NCBI GenBank assembly: GCA_010093605.1
Contig: MU004189.1
Span: 62,001 to 126,000 of the forward strand
DNA: 64,000 bases
Direction: 5' to 3'
Source: Lophium mytilinum
Lineage: Eukaryota
Shown here: positions 37,937-52,200 of the stretch, in pieces
Numbering within the stretch: position 1 is the stretch's first letter
Layout: the number at the start of each line of letters is the position of its first letter
Notes under the pieces: model-generated
Database searches by the model: none
Seen by the model: only the letters and a program-made list of their open reading frames with translations
Told to the model about the DNA's origin: nothing
Translations under genes and position numbers: made by a program

Positions 37937-38713
37937 TCACGGCTTATGCATCCATACCCAAATCGCTCCCTTATCCCCGTCCCTCCTATTCTTCGTCCAT
38001 CCAACGAGAGTAAGCGGAAGGGCTGCCCTCTCACTCGTATACACAAACGTGCTTCCCCTCGCCCATTTCCCATCCCCCTTCTCCACCACCTCCGTAATCG
38101 CCCACGCCGCGCAGTCCTGCCCCGACCTCAATCTATCCATCACCTGTTTCATGTTCCAATTGCAATCCACATGGTACTTCTGCGTTTCAGCCCGGTCGGT
38201 CTTGGCGTCCTCATCCCACGGCGGGGTGTCCATGATGAACATATTGACGCAGCAATACTCTTTGCTGAACAGGATGTTGTAGCCAGGCATCCGGCCGCCC
38301 GGGAAGTGAATGTTCGAGCCTTCCTGCGGCTCGTTGGGGATTATTGGGGCCGGGCCGCCGAGATTGTGGTTGACCCAGGGGGGTGGGATGTGACCACCAT
38401 GAGGGGGCTGGGGTAGGGGGACACCGAATGGCATTGGTGGTGGTGCCATCATGGGTGGTGGGCCTCCAAATTGCATTGGCATAGGCATACCGAAAGTCGC
38501 GGGTGGAGGTGCGAAGACCATTGGAGGACCGGCCATACCCATCGCGGGCGCGGGCCCGAAAGCCATGGGGGCAGCGGCCATAGGAAATGGAAGCGCTGGT
38601 GCACCGAAGTATGCCTCAGGCGGGAGCGCCGGGGGGAAGTCCTCTGGGGTGATGAGGTGCGGGTTGTTGCCCAGGTTGAGCATGCCACGGTTTGGTTGGA
38701 AGCCCCAGGACAT
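37937..38713 (-). CDS. Proline-rich hypothetical protein
   Basis: 258-aa ORF with a P/M/G-rich N-half and a globular-looking C-half (WAITEVVEKGDGKWARGSTF). A probable upstream intron lies at ~38754-38809. Confidence 0.7.
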   Translation of the reverse strand: MSWGFQPNRGMLNLGNNPHLITPEDFPPALPPEAYFGAPALPFPMAAAPMAFGPAPAMGMAGPPMVFAPPPATFGMPMPMQFGGPPPMMAPPPMPFGVPLPQPPHGGHIPPPWVNHNLGGPAPIIPNEPQEGSNIHFPGGRMPGYNILFSKEYCCVNMFIMDTPPWDEDAKTDRAETQKYHVDCNWNMKQVMDRLRSGQDCAAWAITEVVEKGDGKWARGSTFVYTSERAALPLTLVGWTKNRRDGDKGAIWVWMHKP

Positions 38714-39801
38714 GATTGAGGAGTAGTTCTTAATACGTGCTAGTTCTCTGAAGCTAGGGCTGTGTTAGCTTTACTACGCTAGTCAAGCATACTCCTAAGA
38801 TAGACTTACGATACTACGATACAGTAATTTCGAAGACAAAAAGCAAAGGGCTTTCTTGTAGGCAGACAGAGACTTAGGAAGATCTAGGAACTCGAGGTCA
38901 GGTCAAGATGTCCTGCACTGTTGTTGACTTGAGAAGCGTAGTGGATGGATGAGGGAGTTGAAATGTATACGGCAGACGGTGTTCTTATATATCTGAGTAT
39001 AACCCGCCAACAAAGCAGCAAAAGGTGAAGAAAATATATCATGATCATAGTTCTCGCTAGCGAAGCCGCGCGAAACCAACATGGCTGGCCGCTGACAGCT
39101 GCGAGAGTGACGTTGGCAGGGCTGCAGTATTCCTGCTATAATGTGAAGGACTATAGAAATCGCATCGTGGAGGACTCATCGTCCACCATGACCCGGCATA
39201 TTGCATAGATCATGTCTCGGGTTAACGGTGTTGGCGCCGTTGCAAAGCCCTGACAGGCTCGAAAGGGGGGCTCGTGTTGTCGCTGGCTTCTAAGTTATGT
39301 CGTGTCATGAGTACGCTGTTGATGTTGTGGTGGGAACGCAGTGAAGAATGGTCAAAGGTAGTGGGACGTGGGTCAGAATCGACTTCTCGACGCCAAGACA
39401 AGGGATCAGGGCCGCTTGTCTGAGTCAGTAGATGCATGATAGCTGTCTGAATGTGTTGTTGTAAGCTACGTGTGTGGCGGCGTGTAAGGCAGAAGTGAAG
39501 TAGGCTTTGGAATAGAAAGACGGATAATAGGCGGGCCGAATGGCCACATCGCTTTAGGGTCTCCAATGGCCTCAGGCAGAACCTTCAGCAACAGTCTTTG
39601 GTGATTCTCGAGAGAACCTTGGGTACGATCTGGCTGTCGGGTACTGTCAGAAGTCAAAATAAAAAGATTTGAGGAGATTATGGCTGCATGAAGAAGAAAA
39701 AATGTTCGATTGCAACCTTTGACGGCTGAGCCCGATACTTAGACAAGGTAGAAAAAGAAGACGGAGATAGAATACATATATGAGGAGCTTTTCCGGAATC
39801 A

Positions 39802-42800
39802 TTAGCCTCCGGCAACGACCGCAAGCCCTTCGTAGATCTTTCTCTTGACTTTGAAGAATGTTCCTCCTTCAATGTTCCGCGGATCAGCCATGCTATAAGC
39901 ACCACCGTCCACCTCAATTTTGCCCGTGCCGCTCTTCCTGACAGCCACCGTGCCATTGATAACCAGTGTTCCCTCGCCTCTGAACTCTGCTGTCATACCG
40001 GAGGCCTGCATTATCTTACGGAGATCTGCCAGCCTGAGATCGCCTACGTGAAGTGGCTGAGCTACTGATCGCGTCGCAGCAGCCATGTTGGCGGGAAGGA
40101 CACCAAGAACTGGAGTAGTGTCAGTAGCCTCTTCGTCTTGCTCTCCATCTTGTGCGTCTTGGCTTTCTCCCTCGATGGTCTTGAGCTTCTTCTTGGCTCC
40201 TTGCTCTGGCTTATTCTCAAGCGAAGCTGCTTCGAGTCGCCCTGTAATGGCCACAACACCGAGGCCTTTAACCTTCTGCCACTGTAACCGGCGAACCATT
40301 GATTGGCTGAGCTTGACTGTCCAGGCGTTGGTGTCGACACTTGCGTCGACTGTTATACCCACAAGGGGCGTGAAGACGTCAACACCGCCCTCGATTGCTT
40401 CGCCAGATCCAGCATTCAATAGTTGACGACAATCAATTGCGAGATCGTCCGTCTCAGATGCTTCTCCAGACACCAAGATGAGTTTTCGGGGTTTGATGAG
40501 AGGGATTAGCATCTGAATGCTGCGTTTGTCGTGAAGGCCAGAGAAGTCCACGAAGGATATTCGGCAGTCCAGTTGGATGGTTTCTTGCGAAAACACGACC
40601 TTAGAAGGGCCCTCCGCTGTCTTCGCCGAAGCTTCATCTTCGCTATCTGAAGAATCGCTCCCCGCATCCTCATAAAGCCCCTTTAGAGAGCTGCTAGCAT
40701 CCATTCCACCCATGGAAGTATCGCCGTCGTTCCCTCGACGTCTCTTGACATTGCCGTTCGACAGGCGACGTGCGCCGACAGCATTCCGCGTTCCAACGTC
40801 GTCCCATTTGCGTTTCTGTCCAACGGCGTTTTCTTTCTTCATACCGCCGTCACGCATATCCTCGCCGTCAACTTCGTCGCGTTCCTCGGCACGAAGATAC
40901 TCTTCTGGTCGGATGAGGTCCCCAAAATCGTCACCTCGCCTTCGTTTGGCGACGTAGGGAAACATCTTTTCTCGACCTTTCTTGCCCCGTACCTCATAGT
41001 CGTATACGTTTTTCCGCCGGATGAGAATGTTGATGCCTAGCTCAGCGTCGCTGAGGCCAAGCTTGTGTCGAGCATGGGAGAGGGTTGCCGCAGTATTCAA
41101 AGCCTTACCCTGATGTTCTACATCGGAGTCTTCTGAAGTCGTCGACGTTGAAGACGAACGGTCGTCTACAACGTCCGCAGAGGTCTCGAGGGCTGTACTT
41201 GTATCACCTTGCATGGTATTCTGCAGTTGCCGCTGTCTGGCAAGATACTGTTGATATAGGGGTATCTCGCTTCCAACAAGAGGAACTGTATCGACTGTTC
41301 GAAACACCACCTCTTTTCCAGAGGCATCAATGACTGCAGTCGCGCTAGAGTCTGCCTCAGCGTCTCCTACGGGCTGTTTCTTCTCATCCCACAATTCCCA
41401 GAGAATTCTACCGAGCCCTTTGCTGTCGTTTGACGCTTTGCCAACGCGTTCAGTCAAGATGATGAGATTGCGACTGTCTGTTGCAATACTCCTGAGGGCT
41501 TCCTTTGAAAACCCCCAGTCGAGGGATGTGTCGCTGGCAAGGATTACACGTGGGCCTTCGGCAGCGAGTAGACGATTAACCTGCGATTTGCGTTCCAGGA
41601 GCTTGAGATGTTGAAAGTCAAAGGGGGCCTTTTTAATTTTCTGATCGTTGGTGCCTCCAGATGGTCCCCCTTGCTGACTTCTGTTCCGCTTGTGACCCTG
41701 CCCTTCCTGGGCGCCACTAGCAGTCTCGAATTCTCTCACAATGCCATCCTCCATCCACTCCAACATGCTTCTAGCATATCTCATTGTTGCGCCGCTGGTC
41801 CGGCTAGCTAGATAGAGCTTAGCCCTCCTCAATGGACTGCTGCCATCACCACTCTCGACTTCTGCCTGCCAAGCATCTTCCAAGAGGTAGGCTAGCTCTA
41901 GAACACGGGCACTGGAATCGGAGGGTATCAATACAGTGCCACCGTTCGCAACGGTATCTCTGATCATCGAAAGTAAAGTATCGTCTCGATTTTTACGTCC
42001 TCCGGCAAGCGCGATAGTTCCAGAGCCTCTACTACTGCATATCATTGCCGTCGGTCGTCGCAGCTGTTCGAGGACCTCAGATCCACCAAGGCCAGCACCT
42101 CCCAGCCATGCGGCCCCGGACAAGACATGCTCTCGGGCTTGATTCCAGTCGACGGCGTACACGATCGACTCCAAACCATGCTGAATGTGCCAGATTGTTC
42201 CTCCCAAAGTATGGCCAGCACTATATGCCGTAATTGTGAGCCCGCCGAGAGGGGGCGAAAAGGGAGAAGGTAGAGGTTGGTGTGGTTGCGAATACTTCAA
42301 TGGATGAATCAAGGAGAAGTATCCGGCAATCTCGTCTGGGGTCGGAGCTTGGAGAAGGATGTTCGGATTGTTGCCGTCCCGGAATGCTGGGAATGAATAT
42401 GCCGATTCGGAAAGAGCATTCTTAGGGATGATTGAAGAGGCTAAAGGCGTGGACGCATACAAGTCCTGCAGCAGTGTACGACCGAGAGAGATGACGGGTA
42501 GGGTGGCATAGACCGGTATTCTGGTGAACAACGGGAAGTTCTTGCAGCAATGCGCAAATGCGGCGAGATGGGCGGTGGTTGCATGTGTGAGCAGGATCAC
42601 GGAGAGGGTCGGCACTTGTCTAGAGGCAATTGTTAGCCAGGGCTTCAAAACAGCTTCAAACGTTGGCAGAATAGTTCAAGATTCGAAGCAGCATCCTGAC
42701 TCTATATACACAGGATTGTGTTTGCCGCGCTCGTTTGCGCTCGCAGAGCCACGATAAGAGTATTTCCCTGCCAGCGCACTCGTACCTTTCAAGCTCCCTC

Positions 42801-42931
42801 AACTTGTCCACGTCGAAACTCTCATCCCAGCCCACGTCAATGAGTATCTTGATTCCCCCATCAAATTCAAGCAAGGACTGCGATGCCGGCGAGCTGGACT
42901 GCGCGCCCAGTAGAGGAGTGAAGTTGAACAT
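39802..42931 (-). CDS. cft2: Cleavage and polyadenylation specificity factor subunit 2 (CPSF100/Cft2/Ydh1), 2 exons
   Basis: MFNFTPLLGAQ..ILIDVGWDE, degenerate metallo-beta-lactamase ILLTHATTAHLAA, SAGHTLGGTIWHI, YAVDWNQARE, VDFSGLHD and LHVGDLRLADLR...AEFRGEGTLVING. Confidence 0.95.
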
Positions 42932-43374
42932 TCTTGCGGGAGCTGCAGCTGCGCGTCTGCGCGTTGTGAGGACGGCTTCAATTGGTAGTACGGATCAGTA
43001 GGGTGGTGCGACCGCAAGACATGCTTGAAAGCCGGTCCTTAGGATGAAAGTTGTCGACAAAGGATGGTGGTGTGTTGAACAGCTCGTCGGCTTCATTCAC
43101 GTCGGTCGAGAAAGCTTAGCGCCTCGTGTCGAAAGTCACGTGGGCAACTTCAAAGAACCAAAGTCCTCGCTTGGTGAACAACCTCGAGCAACGTTCAATC
43201 CATCACAGCGAGTGCAAGTAAGTTGCATTCCTTCCAGACATCTCGCAGCTTACTAAACCATTGCAGATGCCGGTGATATGTCCACTGAGCGTTTGATTTG
43301 CCGTTGCATTTTCACACCTTCGAGCGACTGTGACCAGAGCAGAGCGGCACACCATAAATCATAGCGTTCGTTTA

Positions 43375-43619
43375 CCGTATTGACTGAGCGTATACAAACG
43401 CCAGGCTTGGCAGCGCTAGTAGATCCCCTAAACCCATGGGCGTATAGTTGCGCACGCTATCTTAACCATACTCGTTGAGCGTATCAGCTCACCGCAATCG
43501 CACCGACAAGTGGGTCCATCGGCATCCATCGGCGCCTGACAAGTCAGCTCCGGGCCCTTTTATCCTCGATAGGTTTAGGCGCGCCAAGCCTGGCGTTTGT
43601 ATACGCTCAGTCAATACGG
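43375..43619. mobile_element. MITE-like non-autonomous element (Tc1/mariner-type, TA TSD)
   Basis: Perfect 37-bp inverted repeats CCGTATTGACTGAGCGTATACAAACGCCAGGCTTGGC at 43375-43411 and 43583-43619, flanked by TA on both sides. 245 bp long with no transposase. Confidence 0.85.
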
Positions 43620-46600
43620 TAGTTAAGTTTCTGGTAGCACGTGATACTCACGCAGATCTCTCTTCTCTATTTCTCTACGCGGTGCATTATTAATCTGTGT
43701 TCCCTTGTATACCGCTGCGTATCGTGTCTCAAGCGATTTGGAAACCTTTACCCGATCGACAACTATCATTTTTAAACCGCTGGTAGCCTCGGAAAGGCCA
43801 TCTCAACTAACTTTCGAATGATCCTATCATCACCCGCAACCCGTCCCTCCTTCATTTCAGAGGTATTATGTGTCGAGTCATGCTATACCTGATTCGCTCC
43901 CGACCAGAGGTTAATGTCCGCGCTAGGGATTACCTAGATACGGCATCCGCCGTCCAGCCACTCGACGTCCACCGTTCATACAACACAACAAAATAAAAGA
44001 GATATATTCCAACTCCAATGCCTTGCCGCCTTGAAGCACCGATCTCACATGACACCATGGCGCCGTGGCTAGGCCCGTTCTCAAGAACATCGCACAATTA
44101 AGCTCCGCCGGCGCTGCTGGGCCTCACATTGGCAGTTCCGGCTTGCCCGATTGAGTAAGCGTAACACCTACTGGGAGGCTGCATCCTTCCAAGCCACAAG
44201 CGACATAGTGGAGACGCCGTGCGCGCTGGGTCCGCCGTCGTCATTGAAGAAGGTCTGTACTGAGGCGAAGGATCACAGGAACCCACCTCTCTTCGATAGC
44301 TCCACGAGCATGGCGAATCGACGGCACCAGGAAGACCGATGAGATCTCGTCAGCTGCCGAGCCCCGCGAGGTTTGTCTGGAAAACAGCAGCCATTGGCCC
44401 TCCTGATGCGAGAAATGATGTGCATTAGCGTCTGCGCCGCGCTTGACTAAACGTGGTGGAGGGAAGTGCGCGAGGGCTTGGGAATTCTGCACGTATCAGA
44501 AGCGGCACAGCGGCCCTCTAAGTCCATCGAGAGTTCGCAATGCGGTAGTTCCGCCCGTCGAGGGATCTGCTAAGAGTTCCAGGCGCGCTGAGGCTTGAAA
44601 CACTTGCAGCTCGCAGCTGACGATCCGGCGCACAGTCCAACGGGATATCTGGCACGTCGGTGAGTGCAACACGACAAGAAGACAGATGTCACGGTACATA
44701 TACTGTACCCACGCATCCTCGCAGGGTTTCCGATTCGGAACACGGGCGGCAAGTGGAGAAGGGTCCAACTCCACCCGCCGCTGATCGCAGCTGTGGGCGT
44801 GCGTCGAGCATCGACCCATCTTGCGGAGCACCTGTCACCGTCGCCCTCAAATCTTGGTTCCGGGCAAGACGAACGGAACCATCAAAGTCAAAATGATGAT
44901 AGCGTCAGAGCATGAGTGGGTCGCTTCAGTAGGCTGCATGCTTTCCGCCTCGAGGACTAGAGGCAAGCTACCAGCAGCATCAGGTTTAGCTAGCTTACGC
45001 AAGCGAATCAATATGCGAATACTATATCACTCGCACCCAGGCCTCCGATCCTTCTCGTCGTGTACGACACCCCCCAACAGCACCTATCGGGAACACTGGC
45101 ACCTGGGTCAAGTGCCATGCAACGGAGGCAAATCCGCATGTAGTACATTGAGCGAGTATGGAAGGGCCTCGCCGATGTAATGAAAGGTGTGAAACGGAGG
45201 CGCTCAGACGGCGGCCCTCGCCCACGGTTCACGCCTCATTATTGCTCCCGTCAGCACTGCCTGGGTTCTGCCGGCATGTGATGGGTGTCACCTCCCCCCG
45301 CATTAACGCGACGCCTGCTCCCGGCGCTGCTCAGATCGGCGGCCGACGACTCTCGTTTATTCTCTTGTGCTCAGCTCAACGGCCCGTCGCAGCTGGACGG
45401 GCCAACTGCTGGCTGTGGTGCGGCCACAGCGCACTCCAAGCTCACCCGGTCCTCCACCTCGAACTCCACGATGGGAGAGGCCGGGTCAGTGACGGACGAT
45501 GCACCGAGTAAAATGGTGGCAGCTCCCTTTTGTGCGATGCAGTTGCGTCCGCGATAAGATGCGCGAGTCCGTAAAATGAAATGCACAAACTCACTCACGA
45601 CTTTGTAGGTTGACGCTGTCTGAGATGGCCCGGAGAATTTACTCAGTGTTCAAGTTGTCTACTTTACATCTAATCAGACTTTCAACAGCATCTTGACGCA
45701 CACTAGGCGGTGGCAGGCCAACGCACCTGGACGAAAACACAGCGTCCCAATTTGCGAACTCCGCTGCTGCATGCTGCAACCGTACACTCTCCAACACGTC
45801 GTCGTGCCCGTCTGTGGATCTGCGCTCGTCCCCAGACTCTCAGGCTCGGATCGCGTCGGTGACTGGATTTCTCCGACTGGCCAACGGCACAAATGCGTGC
45901 TTCTGGCGTTCTCAGCAGTCGGTGAGGGAGTTGCTTTTTCGGCACCGGGGGCGCCCCGTCACGTCAAGTCTTAGCTGAGGCCCACGCACTGCGCTGGGAA
46001 GGCCCCATATATTCCCCACTCCTCGTCCCCAGGATCTACGATGAGGCGCAGGTCAAGACCATGCTTTTTGCGGCGGCTTCAAACGTCGGACGTGCGCGGT
46101 TGCGAAGCGTGCTCCGGTCTGAAGCGAGGTTTACGCCTCTCCAATATTACGCATGGCCGTCTGCTTCCAAGACTGGGCGGCACGTAGCCGGCCATGTCAG
46201 CACGAGCAGAAGGGGAAAGCTTTGAGGGCGGCCTCGACGCGGGGAGTCAGCACACGGACAGCATCGGCGGCCCCAGACGAGGACACGGTGGCGGGCAGCA
46301 GCACCGATGGCTGCCTTCGTTTGGAGCCCTTGGAGCCCGCGGTCTGGGGCCCTGCGAGTAGAGGTCGTTAGCAGGCCCAACGACTTCGACAGTGGCTGCT
46401 GTGGGCGGGCAGCGGTAGCGGTACATGGCTTTGGCGCGTCCTCTCAGCAGATCACCCTCGACCCTGTCGCCCGCAATTCCTCGGCGCTGCAGGAGAGAGA
46501 ATGCGGAAGTGCTTGGACAGGGTTTGCCCGGCCGCGTCCCAGCCCAGCCTCGAGGGCCGGCTGGTCAGTGGCTCGATGCTGGGGCGTGCTTGGGTGCGGG

Positions 46601-47511
46601 AGGGGTATATGGCAAAGCGAGCACGGAGCAGCATTTGGGAATGCGAGAAAGGCAGATAGCACTGCGGCGACGGCCACGAGTCCATGACCCCTTCGCAGCA
46701 GCAGAAGCCGGTTTGGCAGGCGGCTTCGCAGGGCACTCGCGGACAGAGCATGATCGATCCAGACGTCCTTTCAGGCATTGAGTTTGGGCTAGGGCCGCCC
46801 GGTGGAGCCCTGGAGCGCACCTCTCTCGCAGCGTTCCCAGCATTCCGGGCCCTACCTTCACCCAGGCTGCTTAGGTTAAACCAGTTCGCGCCTGCAGCGT
46901 GGCCGAGGGCAACGACCGGCGCCGTGCATCGTTCTGCTGCTGGGGGGCTTCTCCACAGTTGCTACCCTTATTCTCTCGCTCCCCCTCCCGCTGCACCAGC
47001 CCGCTCCGCTGTCTCTCCTCTATCACTTGCTATACCATACTCGCCCTCAACACCACGCCCCCCGTGCCCATGCGAGCACAGCTGCACTCGTCCACCGCCT
47101 TCTGGTCTCTACGACCTCCGCCGCCCGAAGAAGCATAGCCGGCCTGCGGAGCAGCGTCGCTAAGGGCAGTTCCCCCGCCCATCGCTGCGTCTGTCAAAGC
47201 GGCGATCCGAGCACCGCTGCCATCCTCCTCACCATCGAACACCCTCCGCCGTATGGTGCTGAGGCCTCGCGCCCTTCTCTGGCTGTCGCCAACCCTCGAC
47301 ATTTCCGAAGCTCCTTCAAGCCGCAAAGATTGCTGCCACACATTCCCCGTCTGCGTTTGCAGACTGGCCCGCTCGTGATAGAGCTGCCCCATCCGCTGCT
47401 GAGCAGGACTTCACTCCCCCTTCGTCAGAATCGGACCTCTGGCCTACGCCGTCGGAGCCCAGCCCGACCTCCCCGTTCTTTGCTCACGCTGTCGAGCGCC
47501 GCTCCTTTCGC

Positions 47512-49287
47512 ATGGCCAACGAGGTCGTCTTCGGTCCTGCGCCGCCCAGCAGTCGTATGAGCATCAGCTCATCCTCACAGGCGTCGCCGTCGTCGACCGA
47601 GTCGTCGAGGAACACGCCTACTTTCAGCATCACCCTGACGAGCCTGCGGGAAACGCCCAGTGACGATGTTGTTCCTAAGATTGAGGAGCTCGACGACGAT
47701 GAGGTGGGAGACGTGAAGTTTGAGTCGTCTGCGGGGGACCCACTTCCCTCACCAAACCGAGGCATTGTGAAACGACCTCGAGGACGACCGCGCAAACACC
47801 CCATAACGCCCGCCACTTCAATCACCAAGCCTCCGAAAGGCCGTTCGAAGACGGGCTGCATCACCTGTCGACGGCGGAAAAAGAAATGCGACGAAACCAA
47901 GCCTCACTGTACGAGACAATCCCCTCTATCATATTTTGTGCTTATGCTTACGTGACCAGGTATCCATTGTCAGAAGAACAATGTCCATTGCGAAGGGTAT
48001 CCACCCAAGGAGTATTGGAAGAGTGGAAAGCAACGTGCCGTCGAAGGTACGGACGACGACTCCGGCAATGACATTACCACTATACTAAGGACTATAGTAG
48101 GTCGACGGGTCAGCTTCGACCGCCCTCGCGAACTGCCCCTCCTAATAGAAGGTGTGGAAACGGATCTGGACCGCTTCTTCCTCGACCATTTCAACTTCAA
48201 CGTCAGCAGAGTGTTGAGTCTGTTTACTGACAAGCAGAACCCGTTCAAGGAGATCCTGCTGCCAATGGCCATCCGGCATCGCGGCCTGATGCACTCGTTG
48301 CTCTGCCTCTCAGGATCGCATCTTGTGTCACGGGAGCAAAATCCGTCGTTCCAAAAGAGACAGTATCACCACTTCCAGTGTGCCCTAGAGAACCTCCGGA
48401 CCGACAAGAACATGGCCCGATCCATATCCGGCGACACCACTGCCTTAATCGAAGACCCCACCGTCGCCCAGACGCTCGTCCTCTGCCTCCGCTCCATCTG
48501 TGCCGGTGAAGTCAACGGCGAATACCGCCCCCACATGGACGCTGCCAAGCACCTCATCCAGACGCAGAAATCGCCCAACCAAGAATTCCAATCCTTCCTC
48601 TTCGAGTTCTTCATCTACCACGACGCCTTGAACTCGGTCACCTCGCTGGACCGCCGCTCCGTCCTCATGATGGAGGACTTCCAGCTCCCGCAATTCATGA
48701 TCCAGCCTGCGGCCGGCGCCCTCCTCGGCGTCGTCGACGGCCTGTTCGGCTATATCTCCAAGATCCGCCAGCTACGCGACAGAATCCGCGCGCGGCGTGA
48801 CCAGAGCCTGAAGCCGCTCGTCGACTACCAGATCCTGAGCGACGCGCAGGCGATCGACGCCGGGCTGCGGAGCTGGGTGTGCGTGCAGCCGGAAGACACG
48901 CCGCGCTACACGGCCTCGATGCTGTACCGCCAATGCACGTGGCTGTACCTACACCGCACCATCCTGCCCTCGGTCCCGAGTCAAAACCTCAAAGATGCGG
49001 TGGACGAGGGGCTCTTCTACCTCCGCCAACTACCTTCAGACAGCTCGACGCAGAGCATCCTCCTCATGCCGCTCTTCCTCCTCGGCTGTGCGGCATTCGA
49101 GGCCGAGCAGCGCCCGGAAATCTTGCAGGCGTTCGAGGGGCTCGAGAGCTACTCCCAGCTCGGTAACATCAAGTACACCCGCGCCGTGGTGGAGAAGGTG
49201 TGGGAGATGATGGATGAGGGGGACACGGACAGCTGGGACTGGGAGACGATCATCTCGAATCAGGGATGGGATTTCCTTATCACTTGA
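47512..49287 (+). CDS. Zn(II)2Cys6 transcription factor with AT-hook and fungal-specific TF domain (3 exons)
   Basis: AT-hook KRPRGRPRK; CITCRRRKKKCDETKPHC|IHCQKNNVHCEGY across an intron; C-terminal NPFKEILLPMA...LMHSLLCLSGSHL...LLMPLFLLGC...WDWETI. Confidence 0.92.
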
Positions 49288-52200
49288 AATGAGCGGCATG
49301 AATGGGAACGGCTTATCAAAAAGGAGGATCTGGGCGGGGAGCAAGGATTGGGTTTTGCGGGTTATTTGATCGCGGGGCTGGAAAGGGCAAAGGGCAGGGA
49401 AATGCAAATGGAAATGGTCTTGGCGCGACGCGGACGGAGAAGGCGTTCAACGTTATCGCAATCTTCGAACTGTCCTGTTGCTGTTTTTTTTCCCTTCGTG
49501 GAACGGAGCTGGGTTTGCTGGGATCTGGGTCACGTATCAAACCGGTGGCGCGCGGGGTTCTTCTCATGTCCCTTTTGAGAGCTCTGGAGTGGCTTGTTAT
49601 TACGGAATTTCTTACTTTTGCATTGGGCTTCGGGTAATGGGTGGGAAACTTGGGAGGGCGGTTCTGTACACTGCACAAACACGGGCGGGGATTCTGGTCA
49701 AAAAATTTCCGCGTGTCTCGCGTTCATGCGTCGTTTTATTGCGGATTTCGCTGCGTTTTGGATATCATATTATGTTTTCTCTCTCATCTCATTTTTCTCC
49801 TCTTGCCTTTCCTGGGATTTATCGAATGCAACAACGGCTGGGAGGTTCTTCTCGTCGCATGGCAGTGGCACTCATCGTTCGCATTTGTTTTCTCGATTGG
49901 ATACGACGCGGACAGGTTTACAGTACTCTACCAACGTGTATACTCGCGGCTCGGCGCGGTCCCATTCGTAGTATTAGGCCTCAACTGCAAGTCGCAGTTC
50001 TAGGCTTAGTACGGCATGGGCATGCGCCAATGCGAGCGCGCTGTGTGCAAATATCAAACCATACACGAGATTTTGTTCCTCCAATGCCGTTGCGATTGGT
50101 GTACAGCACTATGCAAGCAACGCCAGCCTACTAGGGTCAATCCGGAGAGCGGTGCGGGTGGTGCTACTGGGCATCAGGACATGCAACCATGGAGACACGC
50201 TTGCCTCTCACGACATGCAAAGACAGGGCCAGGCGTGGCCGATGAAGCGCCGTCTACCATGCGAATGCACTGATGCACGCTTTCCCTCACCCATCCGGCG
50301 CGCAGGGCTCGTGGTTGTTCCGGCACGAGGCGGGGTGGTGCGTGGGTAAAGAGTCGTCGGCAACCCCCCATAGCCAAAACCCCATACCACTTGTTTTACC
50401 CTACCGTGAGAAGTAGCGGCCTGAACGCGTGAGACCGACGACATCGCGCCCCCAGTTAAAGTGGGCGTTGCACGCAAAACCCCAGCCTCGGCATGCCCGC
50501 CGTTCAAACGGCCGCTGGCTGGGTTTAGGCTCCGCGCGCTGCCACACACAAGCGGGCATACAACCGCTCCTTCAGCCGGGCGGGAAGCAAGGATGCCGGG
50601 GGTTCAGCGTGGACCCTGCCCCCCGTGCCCGCCGCCATCCCAGCATGTCTGTGGAGAAACACGGAGCAGAGGTGCTCTATTCAGGAACCCGGACGGCGCG
50701 GACGAGTTGCTGATCGTTGCGCATCGGTCCCAGAAGTATGGGGCGAGGTGGTCGGAATGGGGAAGGGGCGCGTGGGGGTGGGGGCGAGCAAATACATATC
50801 ACCATCTTTTTCTGATGGAAAGGGAATTTCAGGATTTCAAGGGATTTTTTCAGAGATCGCCGCGTGCGTGGCTGTGGACAAGGGGGGATTTGACTGTGCC
50901 CTAACTCACCGCTTGCTGAGAATGGGCTGAGGTGACGTCGGATAAGGTCGAGTTTGGGCGGATTGAGCAGCGTGGTTGGGAAAGGCGTGAGGCCCAGCAA
51001 GCCATGTGATGCTAAAAGGTGAGTGAGAAGTCCCGGTGCGTCCCGGACTGGCACAGCCCTACGTCCTGTCTGACGATATGGTTCTGACAGGCGACGTAGG
51101 ACTATGTCCTCGATTCGCATGGAGGCGCGTCGTCCTGCGTTGTCCAGGCACGGCGTGAGCGCACATCTGACAGGTAAGACGAAGGCATGCGTTCCCGGTT
51201 CGTTGACCGAAGAGACGGGCTAGCAGGTCGAGCAATAACGGGATTGGGAGGTTTTGCGAGCCCTCGTGGCGTCCTCGTGGAGCTGTCGTCCTTACCGATG
51301 TCAGCGTCAACCACATGGCCACCGCCGTAATCAGCCGGATTGGCGTATCGACAGCCCTACAGGGAGGGTCTCGATTACGGGCTCTCAGCACCAAAGGGGG
51401 CAGTTTCCCTTTTTCCACGCGCTCCTGGCTGTCGTAGCGAGGGGGAAATGTAATCACTTCATCATGCGGTTGGTAAAAGCGGTGTTGTACTGTGTAAGCA
51501 CGCATAGCTGACATCGACGGGGTTGCCTGACCGCATTCGTGGCTCTTATGTGACCAGGCGACTGGGAGTATGAGGAGAGTTGCCCCTGCTGCGGGAATAG
51601 AGGATCAGGCACAGCAAAGAGTCGTTGAGCGTGTAGACCTCGAAGCGGAATGCGGCGCAGCAATCCCATCGCCGTTGAGACTGATTCGAGTAGTAAGATT
51701 CATGAGATGAGGCTCCTCGGAGCTCGGACGTGACCCCGAGGTGTGGACGTGGTCAAGGTGAAACAATGACGAGCTCCTTGATGTACATACAATATCAGGT
51801 TAGCTGCTTCAGTATAGGCCGTGGCTCTCTCGGTAACGTAGCCACTCAGTAAGTGCGTGATTGTAACGTGATTGCAGGCCACTGTCAAATCTACCGCGGT
51901 GATGGTCGTGGTCCCGGCACAGAAAGGAGAGATCAGAGAAATGCTCCGTGGCGATCGTCTGGGATCGCTCGGGGTCTTTCGCTTTGGAGGCGACGCAGAC
52001 CGCTGGCATGAAAAGGTGGCACAAGCATTATGCCTCGTGTACAACTGTCTGGCGCTGTTCCGCTGCTTGTGGTGCTTCAATGCAATTTGAAAGATATAAT
52101 GAGACAGAAACTCTTGGCCTTGGATTGTGTCAAAAATAGTTGAAGCACTGCAAGCAGGTGTAGGCACAATCGCATGAGACAGACCGCTTGCTCAGTTTAA

